DNA of 61,656 nucleotides from Bacteroidales bacterium (GTDB lineage Bacteria > Bacteroidota > Bacteroidia > Bacteroidales > F082): positions 1 through 61,656 of the forward strand of contig JAZLEF010000146.1 of assembly GCA_045615125.1 (NCBI GenBank), given 5' to 3'. Position numbers and translations under genes: made by a program. The stretch's first letter is position 1, and every line of letters begins with the position of its first letter. Under the pieces are notes generated by a model. That model was given only the letters and a program-made list of their open reading frames with translations, ran no database searches and was not told the origin of the DNA. Positions 19,486-28,525 of the stretch are shown piece after piece.

Positions 19486-20049
19486 ATGAGACCTAACATC
19501 TTAGTTAATCGTTATGCCAAGGCTTTCATGGAGCTTGCGATACAGCGCAATCTCGTCGATAAATCTCTCGACGACCTTCGTCTTGTCAAGGCCACTTTTG
19601 AAAGTAATGAAGAGCTACAGCTATTGACACATCAGCCTTTTGTCTCCAAAGAAAGTAAGATAAATATCATAAACAAACTCTTTGAAGACAAAGTTGACAA
19701 GATAGTCTTAAACTTACTTCATCTCCTCATCGAGAAAAATCGTGAAGACATCATCGACTACATCACCGACGCTTATTACGAGTTGTTTCTTGAATACAAG
19801 AAAATAGCTGTCGTCACCATCACGTCAGCAGTAGCTCTCGATGAACAAACCAACGATAGAATCGTCAATATAATCAAGCATAAGATTGTAGACAAAGTCG
19901 ACATTAAAATTAACAACATTATCGACAAAGAGATAATAGGAGGTTTTATTGTCAAATACAAGGACTACGTTTATGACGCTAGTGTTAAGAATACGTTAAA
20001 CAGATTACATTCTGTTTTTGAAGAAAATTTATTTGTTAAAGAATATTAA
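19486..20049 (+). CDS. atpH: ATP synthase subunit delta
   Basis: Position in the operon and OSCP-like size (187 aa). Confidence 0.8.
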   Translation: MRPNILVNRYAKAFMELAIQRNLVDKSLDDLRLVKATFESNEELQLLTHQPFVSKESKINIINKLFEDKVDKIVLNLLHLLIEKNREDIIDYITDAYYELFLEYKKIAVVTITSAVALDEQTNDRIVNIIKHKIVDKVDIKINNIIDKEIIGGFIVKYKDYVYDASVKNTLNRLHSVFEENLFVKEY

Positions 20050-20067
20050 GAATAAAAATCATATAAG

Positions 20068-21657
20068 ATGGAAAGTATCAATCCTGCTGAGATTTCAGCC
20101 ATATTACTACAAGAACTAACAAGTTTTGACACTAAGAGTGACTTAGACACCAAAGGCTCTGTTCTCCAGATTGGCGACGGTGTAGCCCGTGTATATGGTA
20201 TGAACAATGCTGAATCGGGCGAGTTGGTTGTGTTTGAGAAGACCGGTGCCATGGGCATAGTGTTAAATCTTGAACAAGATAATGTTGGTGTAGTTCTTTT
20301 GAATGATTCATCAGACATCAAAGAAGGTGACACGGTAAGATGTACGCATCATATTGCGTCAATCAATGTTGGAGAAGGCATGCTTGGTCGTGTCGTCAAC
20401 ACTCTTGGCGTTCCTATCGACGGCAAAGGAACCATCAATGGAGAGACTTGCAATATGCCATTAGAGCGCAAGGCTCCTGGAGTAATTTTCCGTCAACCTG
20501 TTAACGAGCCTCTTCAGACAGGTATCAAGGCCATCGACGCCATGATTCCTATTGGACGTGGACAGCGTGAGCTTATCATCGGCGACCGTCAGACAGGCAA
20601 GACGACAATAGCCATCGACACCATCTTGAATCAAAAAGAATTTTACGACAAAGGTGAGCCAGTATATTGTATCTATGTAGCCGTTGGTCAAAAAGGCTCC
20701 ACTATTGCCAACATAGTTCAGACCCTTGAAGACAATGGAGCTCTGCCATACACTATTATTGTGGCTGCCACTGCATCCGACACTGCTGCCATGCAATATT
20801 ATGCTCCATTTGCTGGAGCAGCCATTGGCGAATATTTCCGTGACACTGGCCGTCAGGCTTTAGTTGTTTACGACGATCTTTCCAAGCAGGCCGTCGCTTA
20901 TCGTGAGGTGTCACTGTTGCTCCGTCGTCCACCAGGACGCGAGGCATATCCTGGCGACGTCTTCTATCTTCACTCAAGATTACTTGAACGCGCTGCCAAG
21001 ATCGTGAAATCGGACGAGATAGCCAAGAACATGAACGACCTTCCAGATAGCCTTAAAGACAAGGTGAGAGGCGGTGGCTCATTGACGGCTCTGCCTATCA
21101 TCGAGACACAGGCCGGCGACGTCTCTGCATATATCCCTACCAATGTCATCTCCATCACCGACGGACAGATATTTCTCGAGACCAATTTATTCAACGCTGG
21201 TATCCGCCCTGCTATCAACGTAGGTATTTCAGTATCACGTGTGGGTGGCAATGCTCAAATTAAATCGATGAAAAAGGTAGCAGGTACACTCAAGATTGAC
21301 CAGGCTCAGTTCCGTGAACTCGAGGCATTCTCTAAATTTGGTTCCGACCTCGACGCCGCAACACAATCAATACTCGACAAAGGTCGCCGTAACGTTCAGA
21401 TGCTCATCCAGCCACAGTCATCTCCAATGAAGGTGGAAGAAGAAGTAGCGATAATATATTGCGGTGTCAACAACCTCATGAAAAACATACCTCTCAACAA
21501 GGTGTCTGAGTTTGAGAAGAACTTCATAGCACAGCTCAACTACGAACATCAAGAAGTATTGAACAGAATCAAACAAGGTCAATATGACGATGATATAACA
21601 GATGTATTGAAAAAGGTAGCCGCACAGATCAGTGATAACATGACCAAGAAAGCATAA
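20068..21657 (+). CDS. atpA: ATP synthase subunit alpha
   Basis: Walker A GDRQTGKT; 529 aa. Confidence 0.97.
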   Translation: MESINPAEISAILLQELTSFDTKSDLDTKGSVLQIGDGVARVYGMNNAESGELVVFEKTGAMGIVLNLEQDNVGVVLLNDSSDIKEGDTVRCTHHIASINVGEGMLGRVVNTLGVPIDGKGTINGETCNMPLERKAPGVIFRQPVNEPLQTGIKAIDAMIPIGRGQRELIIGDRQTGKTTIAIDTILNQKEFYDKGEPVYCIYVAVGQKGSTIANIVQTLEDNGALPYTIIVAATASDTAAMQYYAPFAGAAIGEYFRDTGRQALVVYDDLSKQAVAYREVSLLLRRPPGREAYPGDVFYLHSRLLERAAKIVKSDEIAKNMNDLPDSLKDKVRGGGSLTALPIIETQAGDVSAYIPTNVISITDGQIFLETNLFNAGIRPAINVGISVSRVGGNAQIKSMKKVAGTLKIDQAQFRELEAFSKFGSDLDAATQSILDKGRRNVQMLIQPQSSPMKVEEEVAIIYCGVNNLMKNIPLNKVSEFEKNFIAQLNYEHQEVLNRIKQGQYDDDITDVLKKVAAQISDNMTKKA

Positions 21658-21662
21658 GCACT

Positions 21663-22568
21663 ATGGCAAATCTTAAAGAAGTCAGGACGAGAATAGAGTC
21701 TGTCAACTCCACCAGACAGATTACGAGCGCAATGAAGATGGTAGCTGCATCAAAACTACGCAAGTCGCAGAACGCCATCACCGCATTACGTCCGTATGCT
21801 GAGAAGTTCAGTGAGATAATGGAGAGAATAAGCAGACAGCAGTCAGATAACAGACGACCTTCTTCCATTTTCACTGAGAACCGTCCGGCAGAGAAGGTGC
21901 TTATAATACCATTATCATCCAACAAAGGACTATGCGGAGTGTTCAACGCCAATGTCATACGTCATACCATCAACCTCATACAAGAAGAATATCAGACACA
22001 ATACGATAATAACAATGTCGATATAATGTGCATAGGTTCTAAAGTCGAGGAGTCGTTGAAGTTCAAGAAATATACTGTAGCGGAAAATGAAAACCATTTA
22101 TGGGATGAACTGACATACGACAATGCTGTAATATTGGCTGAGAAACTGATGAAATATTTTGAAGACAAAAAATATGACCGTATTGTCTTTGTATATAATC
22201 AGTTTAAGAATGCTGCAACCCAGGTTTTGGTCCACGAACAGTTCCTTCCTATGGTAAGTCAACAGACAACCAACAACAGCCAACAGACTTTGTCAGATGT
22301 TGAGATTGATTATATATTTCAGCCTAATAAAGATGACATATATAACGAGTTGCTTCCTAAATCGTTGAAGATGCAGGTGTATAAGATATTACTCGACAGC
22401 TTTGCATCTGAGCAAGGAGCACGCATGATTTCCATGACACAGGCAACCGACAACGCCACGGAGCTTTTGAAAGAACTGAACCTCACATATAACAAGGCAC
22501 GACAATCAGCTATTACCAACGAGCTTGTTGAAATAGTCAGCGGAGCAAACGCCTTAAAAGGTGAATAA
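21663..22568 (+). CDS. atpG: ATP synthase subunit gamma
   Basis: MANLKEVRTRIESVNSTRQITSAMKMVAASKLRK. Confidence 0.93.
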   Translation: MANLKEVRTRIESVNSTRQITSAMKMVAASKLRKSQNAITALRPYAEKFSEIMERISRQQSDNRRPSSIFTENRPAEKVLIIPLSSNKGLCGVFNANVIRHTINLIQEEYQTQYDNNNVDIMCIGSKVEESLKFKKYTVAENENHLWDELTYDNAVILAEKLMKYFEDKKYDRIVFVYNQFKNAATQVLVHEQFLPMVSQQTTNNSQQTLSDVEIDYIFQPNKDDIYNELLPKSLKMQVYKILLDSFASEQGARMISMTQATDNATELLKELNLTYNKARQSAITNELVEIVSGANALKGE

Positions 22569-22581
22569 GGAAATAAGGTAT
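22566..22581. repeat. two octamers TAAGGAAA TAAGGTAT starting on the atpG stop codon
   Basis: Read directly; same word family as 3125-3172. Confidence 0.6.
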
Positions 22582-22608
22582 AATACTATAAATAAATCAA
22601 GAGATTAG

Positions 22609-22648
22609 AAACTGTGTTAGGAGTTAGATTCTGACACAGTTTTTTTTA
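22609..22648 (+). terminator. terminator after atpG, overlapping the dnaG stop
   Basis: Stem aaactgtgt/acacagttt followed by T7. Confidence 0.7.
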
Positions 22649-24595
22649 TTTCGCCACTACAATTCCCAACTCCTTGTTAATCCTGATACGAAGATCATCT
22701 AATTTTTTCTTTCTAATTAAGAGTGCCATCTGGTCATCGATGTTTTCTGTCTCCATAAGTTGTTTTGTTATCTCATTACGTTTGTCATCTATGACCATAT
22801 CTTTAAATCTCAACACTGTTGACACCACCATCTTCGACAATACTTCTTCTTCTGTCTTGACCTTAATATCATGTTTTCCCCAGTTATCGAGTTTATAAGG
22901 AGATGACAAGAGATTAGCGGCCAACTCAGCAATATAAGGATTTTCATTAGAGATAAAATATTGTTCTTTAGGCAATACACCCTCATCAAGAGCTCTGTCA
23001 AACACCTCAAATATTATCTTATGCACTTCGTTCTTAAAGAGAAGGTCGTCATTTTTCAAGTCATCAATGATAAAAGCAGCCACGCTTACTTTATATATCA
23101 CAGGATTATTATTATCATCAAAGCCGTCGATATCTATTTCTTTATCTCCGTACATCAGAAGTAATTTCACCAGTTCTTGTTCCTGATAAAATCCTATCGG
23201 CATAGTATCGACTGGATGTATCTGTTGCTGTTCTACTTTAACGTCCTCTACTAAGAACTCCTGTTCTTGATGTGGAGAGTAATTCTTCTTTGCTTTAGCG
23301 CGCAATATCTTGTTAAGCTCATTCACCAAAGACTGTTCTGGCATCTGCATCAAGCGGCTACATTCCTTGATATATGTAGCGCGATAGATAGCATCAGGTA
23401 TCACAGCGATGGAAGCCACAATATCCTTTAGCACTTCGGCTCTTTTGATAGGATCGTTCTGAGCGTCTTTAAGGAGCAGCTGTGTCTTAAAGCTGATAAA
23501 GTCTTTTGCATTATTGGCGATATATTCTTTAACAAACTCTATCGGGTTATGTTGTACGAAAGAGTCAGGGTCTTCGTCAGGAGGAAGAATTACAATACGT
23601 ACATTCATTCCTTCTTCAAGAATCATATCCGTTCCACGCAATGCGGCATGAATTCCAGCACTATCGCCATCATATAAGACTGTAATGTTCTTAGTATAAC
23701 GACTTATGAGACGTATCTGCTCTATTGTCAATGATGTTCCCGAACTTGCCACGGTATTTTCTATTCCTGCCTGATGCATACTCAAAACATCGGCATAACC
23801 TTCCACGAGGATACAATTATCCAAGCGGCTTATCTCATTCTTAGCGAAATATATTCCGTAGAGAGTCTGGCTCTTGTTATAAATCTCCGATTCCGGTGAG
23901 TTAAGGTATTTGGCTTTTGTCTTATCGCCACTGAGTATTCTTGCTCCAAATCCGATTACCTTACCTGTGAGATTATGTATAGGGAATATGACACGACCTT
24001 GGTATTTATCGTACATTCTTTCCTCATTACCCGAAGCCAATCCAATCTTTAGAAGGAGCTCTTTAGAATATCCGTTTTTTATTGCGTGCTGAATGAAGGC
24101 GTCTTTTTGGTTAAGGCAATAACCCAATTGAAACTTATTGATGATGGTATCACGGAAGCCACGTTCTCTAAAATATGACATTCCTATTGCGAGTCCTTCC
24201 TCATCGTTTCTCATTGTTTCAGAGAAATACTGTTGAGCGAAGCTGTTTACATTAAACATTCTCTCACGCTCATTCTGAGCCATCATCTCTTCTGGAGTAC
24301 GTTCCTTCTCCTCTATTACGATACCATATTTTTGAGCAAGGAAACGCAGTGCTTCTGGATAAGAATAATGTTCATGTTCCATGATGAAGCGAACCGAGTC
24401 GCCGGCTTTACCGCATCCGAAGCATTTGAAGATACCTTTAGCCGGCGACACAATAAACGATGGAGTCTTCTCTTTATGAAATGGACACACCCCAATAAGG
24501 TTTGCGCCTCTTTTCTTGAGATTTACAAAATCACCGACGACTTCTTCAATACGCACGGTGTCGAGAATACTCATTATTGTGTCTTGTGGTATCAT
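22646..24595 (-). CDS. dnaG: DNA primase
   Basis: Zinc ribbon CPFHKEKTPSFIVSPAKGIFKCFGCG; TOPRIM EGYADV ... DGDSAG. Confidence 0.95.
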   Translation of the reverse strand: MIPQDTIMSILDTVRIEEVVGDFVNLKKRGANLIGVCPFHKEKTPSFIVSPAKGIFKCFGCGKAGDSVRFIMEHEHYSYPEALRFLAQKYGIVIEEKERTPEEMMAQNERERMFNVNSFAQQYFSETMRNDEEGLAIGMSYFRERGFRDTIINKFQLGYCLNQKDAFIQHAIKNGYSKELLLKIGLASGNEERMYDKYQGRVIFPIHNLTGKVIGFGARILSGDKTKAKYLNSPESEIYNKSQTLYGIYFAKNEISRLDNCILVEGYADVLSMHQAGIENTVASSGTSLTIEQIRLISRYTKNITVLYDGDSAGIHAALRGTDMILEEGMNVRIVILPPDEDPDSFVQHNPIEFVKEYIANNAKDFISFKTQLLLKDAQNDPIKRAEVLKDIVASIAVIPDAIYRATYIKECSRLMQMPEQSLVNELNKILRAKAKKNYSPHQEQEFLVEDVKVEQQQIHPVDTMPIGFYQEQELVKLLLMYGDKEIDIDGFDDNNNPVIYKVSVAAFIIDDLKNDDLLFKNEVHKIIFEVFDRALDEGVLPKEQYFISNENPYIAELAANLLSSPYKLDNWGKHDIKVKTEEEVLSKMVVSTVLRFKDMVIDDKRNEITKQLMETENIDDQMALLIRKKKLDDLRIRINKELGIVVAK

Positions 24596-24616
24596 CTAAA
24601 AATCTTCCTTTTATTA

Positions 24617-25207
24617 TCAAAAACAATAACCCAAACGAATACTGAAACTAAGTGCGATATTTGTGTTTACACTATTGAAAAAATGCCATAACTCAAAACC
24701 ATGATGATAATATGTTTCAGCAGGTGTACCGAAAGCATATCCCCCACCGACCCAAAAGTCTGCGAGAAATCTTTTATGTACATATTGATAACCAAAGGTT
24801 CCAAGTATAGCAGTTTCGTCCGCCAATGTCCTTGAACCATCAACCTTGCAATCGTATGTATAATGAGAATATACAACCTCTGGACGAAGATAAAAACCCA
24901 TCAAAGATTTCTTCTGACTTTCATTCATAAAAAATTTATGACCATAACGCAGGGTATATCCTTTTGGATTATTCTCATATTTATCACGACCTGCACCTAT
25001 TAAACTAGTGCAAAACTCTCCACTCTGACGTATATTACTGAAAGCACGTTCGTATGATATTTTCGTACTACCACTTATCCACGAAAGAAATGTAATCTTA
25101 AAAGAGTTACGATAATCTTGTTGAGGATATAATGAAGGCGTTTTTGCTTGTAATACATTAGTCATTAACAAGAAGCAAACAGTAAGCAACAGAAATACTT
25201 TTTTCAT
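24617..25207 (-). CDS. small outer-membrane beta-barrel protein (DUF3575-like), co-oriented 21 nt upstream of dnaG
   Basis: Signal peptide, alternating aromatic/Gly pattern, C-terminal Phe. Confidence 0.5.
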   Translation of the reverse strand: MKKVFLLLTVCFLLMTNVLQAKTPSLYPQQDYRNSFKITFLSWISGSTKISYERAFSNIRQSGEFCTSLIGAGRDKYENNPKGYTLRYGHKFFMNESQKKSLMGFYLRPEVVYSHYTYDCKVDGSRTLADETAILGTFGYQYVHKRFLADFWVGGGYAFGTPAETYYHHGFELWHFFNSVNTNIALSFSIRLGYCF

Positions 25208-25284
25208 TTATAAATACTTTTTAATTGTTCTTTAAAGCTCAAATAAGCAAACTATTTTTTCTCAGATAAATTATAAATAAAGTA

Positions 25285-25292
25285 CAAAAATA
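25285..25292 (-). promoter_or_regulatory. -7 promoter box (TATTTTTG on minus strand)
   Basis: CAAAAATA on the plus strand, about 78 nt upstream of ATG 25207. Confidence 0.4.
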
Positions 25293-25332
25293 ACATATTT
25301 AACTTTATCAACGAAGGTTAAATCACGTAATT

Positions 25333-26247
25333 TCAAAGAACAAATTTTTCTACATTCTTGACGACAATGCCAAGTCTCAGTTCAAAGGCTTCTTCCGTTG
25401 CAAATCCGATATGCGGCATTAACATTGTATTTGACAAGTTCAAAAAAGGATTACTCTTATCGAGAGGAGGTTCTACGTCATAGACATCAAGAGCTGCACC
25501 GGATATTCTATTATTTCTCAATGCATCTGCAAGATCATTTGTATTGATGATAGGTCCTCGTGCAGCATTGACTATTATAGCGGATGGTTTCATCAATTCT
25601 AATTCTTTTGCAGTGATGAAGTTGCGTGTTTCTTCATTAAGGGCTATATGTAATGTTATGATATCAGACTCTCTTAACAAAGTCTCTTTATCCACCAATG
25701 TCACTCCTTCTATATTCTTTGGTGTCCTATTCCAGCCTATGACTTTACATCCAAATGCTTGAGCCAATCTGGCTGTCCTCTGTCCTATAGCACCAAGTCC
25801 TACGACACCAACAGTTTTGTTAGCGATTTCTCTACCTGGAGATATGGAGCCACCTTGACAACTTCTTGTTATTTTATCATTTTCTATCACATGACGATAC
25901 AAACCTATCATCATGCATATCGCTTCTTCTGCAACAGCCTCCGTTGAATATCCTGCTGCGTTATTCACTACTATACCTCTACTCTCACACTCCTTTAAGT
26001 CTATGTGATCTAAGCCCGTAAACGCAATAGACAACATTTTAAGATTAGGACAAGCATCAAAGAAATCTTTACGCAATGGCATATTGCTTTCAACAACAAT
26101 ATCGGCATCTGATGCTCTTTCTATATTTTTTTCAGGACATCTATCTGGATAAACAATTATTTCATGTCCTAAAGATTTTAATGTCTTACATTCATTTTCA
26201 ATTCTTTCAACTGAAAGTCCTAATGGTTCTAAAAATACTATCTTCAT
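25333..26247 (-). CDS. D-isomer-specific 2-hydroxyacid dehydrogenase family, NAD-binding
   Basis: GVVGLGAIGQRTARLAQAFGCKVIGWNR Rossmann motif; 304 aa. Confidence 0.85.
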   Translation of the reverse strand: MKIVFLEPLGLSVERIENECKTLKSLGHEIIVYPDRCPEKNIERASDADIVVESNMPLRKDFFDACPNLKMLSIAFTGLDHIDLKECESRGIVVNNAAGYSTEAVAEEAICMMIGLYRHVIENDKITRSCQGGSISPGREIANKTVGVVGLGAIGQRTARLAQAFGCKVIGWNRTPKNIEGVTLVDKETLLRESDIITLHIALNEETRNFITAKELELMKPSAIIVNAARGPIINTNDLADALRNNRISGAALDVYDVEPPLDKSNPFLNLSNTMLMPHIGFATEEAFELRLGIVVKNVEKFVL

Positions 26248-26272
26248 TACATTACAGTTTTAAATATCAGTA

Positions 26273-26280
26273 CAAATATA
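26273..26280 (-). promoter_or_regulatory. -7 promoter box (TATATTTG on minus strand)
   Basis: CAAATATA on the plus strand, 25 nt upstream of ATG 26247. Confidence 0.5.
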
Positions 26281-26422
26281 AGCCAAATAAGTCTATAATT
26301 CGTTGAATCCAGATTATTTTTACATAATCCCAATCCAAGTGCCTCGATTACTTATGCCTAGAACTAAAAACCCAAATATATGCTGAGGCACTGGAAGGGA
26401 TCAACCAGATTTAGAAATGAAT

Positions 26423-26779
26423 TTATGAATCGGATATTTGTTCGTCATTACTTGTACGATCTATTACCATAAACTCATTCATGGTAATCTCCGTAAAATA
26501 GCTTTTCTTACCGTCTTTATCAAATATCCTTGTTCGCAACCTGCCTTCTAAGGCAATACGTTTTCCTTTCTTTATCAATTTCTCTGCTTGTTCCGCCGTC
26601 TTTCCCCATGCCACTATATTATGCCACGAAGTCGTTTCTTGCAATTCGTGATTATCATTATATGAATAATCATGTGTTGCCAAACTAAATTTTGCCATCT
26701 TACGATTTGCCACCATTTTAATCTCCGGATCCGAGCCAGGACGTCCAATAAGCTGAACTGAATTTTCTAAGGTTCCCAT
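26423..26779 (-). CDS. ssb: single-stranded DNA-binding protein, short paralog without an acidic C-terminal tip (start moved to MGTLENS)
   Basis: OB-fold NSVQLIGRPGSDPEIK...WHNIVAWGKTAE. The ORF-track start 26809 is the TTG of the promoter box. Confidence 0.8.
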   Translation of the reverse strand: MGTLENSVQLIGRPGSDPEIKMVANRKMAKFSLATHDYSYNDNHELQETTSWHNIVAWGKTAEQAEKLIKKGKRIALEGRLRTRIFDKDGKKSYFTEITMNEFMVIDRTSNDEQISDS

Positions 26780-26806
26780 ATCTTTTCTTTTTTTGATTTC
26801 ACATCG

Positions 26807-26814
26807 CAAAGATA
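26807..26814 (-). promoter_or_regulatory. -7 promoter box (TATCTTTG on minus strand)
   Basis: CAAAGATA on the plus strand, 27 nt upstream of ATG 26779. Confidence 0.55.
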
Positions 26815-27088
26815 TGGTGAGCTGTAAAAATTAGTCGTATGAAAAACGGATAATTTTTCTACAAAAACATATAAAGCTAATACATAATAATTTACAGCTA
26901 TAATAAACCACAAAACCAAAAGCAATAATTCTTATTAAAAATTAACATTTAATTATTCTTCCATGATTTACAATACATTACAATTACTTTTGTGGCAATA
27001 AAAAGAATCAGTATTTTATATTATTGTAAATTAGATATTTATAATAAAGTTGTTTTTTTTAATTTTTATATACTTAATTTTTATTCCA

Positions 27089-27652
27089 TCAATAAGCGAC
27101 AGATATAAAGTAATTATTGATTTTGTGAGTTTCTACATTAATATAAGGTGTATTGAGAATATCCTTAATCTCTTTTGTTATGCCCGTTCCCAACTTTTTA
27201 AATACCGCCTCCTTTTGCGTCCAAAGTTTATAGAACTCTTCTGGCTTATTTTCTGAATTATGCAATGTATCTAATTCATTATCATTACATATATAATTTG
27301 CCAAACTTTCCTTATAGACACCTATCTCTTCTATATCAACGCCTATTTCCTTTCTTGACAAAACACAACATACAGCTGTTTTGCAATGACTTAAATTGAA
27401 ATACCAATCAGGATAGTTTTTCAAGAAAGGTTTACCATGCTGATTATAATCAAATATTGGCAGCTCATTCAATACACCTTCATCGAGCAGAGCCTTAACC
27501 AAAAGAAGATATGCTAATCCATTTTGTACTTTACCTTTTAAATGCTTATAGAGCAACATCTTATCACGTCTCCACTTGGGAAAGAATGATACACATTGCT
27601 CAACGAAATTCTCGTCAAAAGCATCAATATTGGTAACATAATATATTTTCAT
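27089..27652 (-). CDS. 4'-phosphopantetheinyl transferase, Sfp type
   Basis: FNLSHC ... GVDIEEI ... LWTQKEAVFK motifs. Confidence 0.85.
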   Translation of the reverse strand: MKIYYVTNIDAFDENFVEQCVSFFPKWRRDKMLLYKHLKGKVQNGLAYLLLVKALLDEGVLNELPIFDYNQHGKPFLKNYPDWYFNLSHCKTAVCCVLSRKEIGVDIEEIGVYKESLANYICNDNELDTLHNSENKPEEFYKLWTQKEAVFKKLGTGITKEIKDILNTPYINVETHKINNYFISVAY

Positions 27653-27656
27653 TTCG

Positions 27657-27664
27657 CAAAGATA
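27657..27664 (-). promoter_or_regulatory. -7 promoter box (TATCTTTG on minus strand), 4 nt before the ATG
   Basis: CAAAGATA on the plus strand; ATG at 27652. Confidence 0.5.
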
Positions 27665-27738
27665 ATTTTTTTGACAATGCCAATAAAAACATCTCGAACA
27701 TTAATATTAGTTTTTTGTTAAATTGAAAAACAACAATT

Positions 27739-28323
27739 ATGATTGAATTACCTAAATTACCTTACAAGAGAGATGCTTTGGAGCCGCACATCTCTCAAAA
27801 GACAATCGACTTTCATTATGGACAGCATCATGCTGCATACGTCAAGAATCTCAACAACTTAATAGAGAATTCTCATTATGAAAAAATGAGTCTTGAAGAA
27901 ATTATCAGAAACAGTGACGGTGCTATTTTCAATAATGCCGCACAAGTTTGGAATCACACTTTTTATTGGCACTGCATGACACCCGACAAAGGCGAATTAC
28001 CCAAAGCACTCCTGCTTAAATCAATAGAACGCGATTTTGGCAGTTTCGACAACTTCAAGCAAATGTTTATCAAACAAGCGGCAACATTGTTCGGTTCAGG
28101 ATGGCTTTGGCTCGTGTGTGATAAAAATGGCAGATTATCACTTTTGCCAACTAGCAATGCTGATACACCAATCCGTAATGATGAATTTCGACCCTTGCTG
28201 ACATGTGACGTTTGGGAGCATGCATATTATCTTGACCAGCAGAATCTTAGACTTGCATATCTTGATGAGTTCTGGCAAATTATCAATTGGAAATTCGTAG
28301 AAAAAAAACTTGCCGAACTCTAA
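27739..28323 (+). CDS. sodB: superoxide dismutase, Fe type
   Basis: FHYGQHH ... AAQVWNHTFYW ... DVWEHAYY. Confidence 0.93.
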   Translation: MIELPKLPYKRDALEPHISQKTIDFHYGQHHAAYVKNLNNLIENSHYEKMSLEEIIRNSDGAIFNNAAQVWNHTFYWHCMTPDKGELPKALLLKSIERDFGSFDNFKQMFIKQAATLFGSGWLWLVCDKNGRLSLLPTSNADTPIRNDEFRPLLTCDVWEHAYYLDQQNLRLAYLDEFWQIINWKFVEKKLAEL

Positions 28324-28351
28324 CAATTTAAAAAAGACACTTTGAAGTGAC

Positions 28352-28391
28352 CCCCAAAGTTTTTTATCCAGACTTTGGGGTATATTTTTTT
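28352..28391 (+). terminator. Rho-independent terminator after sodB
   Basis: Stem ccccaaagt/actttgggg followed by a T-rich run. Confidence 0.8.
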
Positions 28392-28416
28392 ATTTTCACT
28401 ATCTTTTTTTTAAAAT

Positions 28417-28440
28417 TAATCGTATATTTGCATACGATTA
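28417..28440. promoter_or_regulatory. 9-bp perfect palindrome TAATCGTAT-n6-ATACGATTA enclosing the -7 box TATATTTG (28423-28430)
   Basis: Read directly; candidate operator over the promoter of gene 28526. Confidence 0.5.
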
Positions 28441-28525
28441 GAATTATATAAATTCGACTTTTGTGAAACCTTAAAACTCTATTTTGACTTTTATTAACTA
28501 TTTATAAATATTTAAATTTGAAAAG

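Noticed and set aside
17320-22568. atp cluster lacks atpD/atpC (beta and epsilon subunits)
   Set aside because: The operon here starts cleanly after a divergent rnhA and ends at a terminator. Beta and epsilon are presumably encoded elsewhere as a separate unit, so this is not evidence of loss.
26338-26392. 8-bp inverted repeat AGTGCCTC ... GAGGCACT downstream of ssb (possible small RNA or terminator)
   Set aside because: The loop is about 39 nt, there is no T tract on either strand, and I see no resemblance to SRP, 6S or tRNA-like motifs. The evidence is insufficient for an RNA gene.
26966-27031. 10-bp inverted repeat ATTTACAATA / TATTGTAAAT in the AT-rich spacer after the PPTase gene
   Set aside because: It is pure AT with a 46-nt loop, which is expected by chance in this composition.
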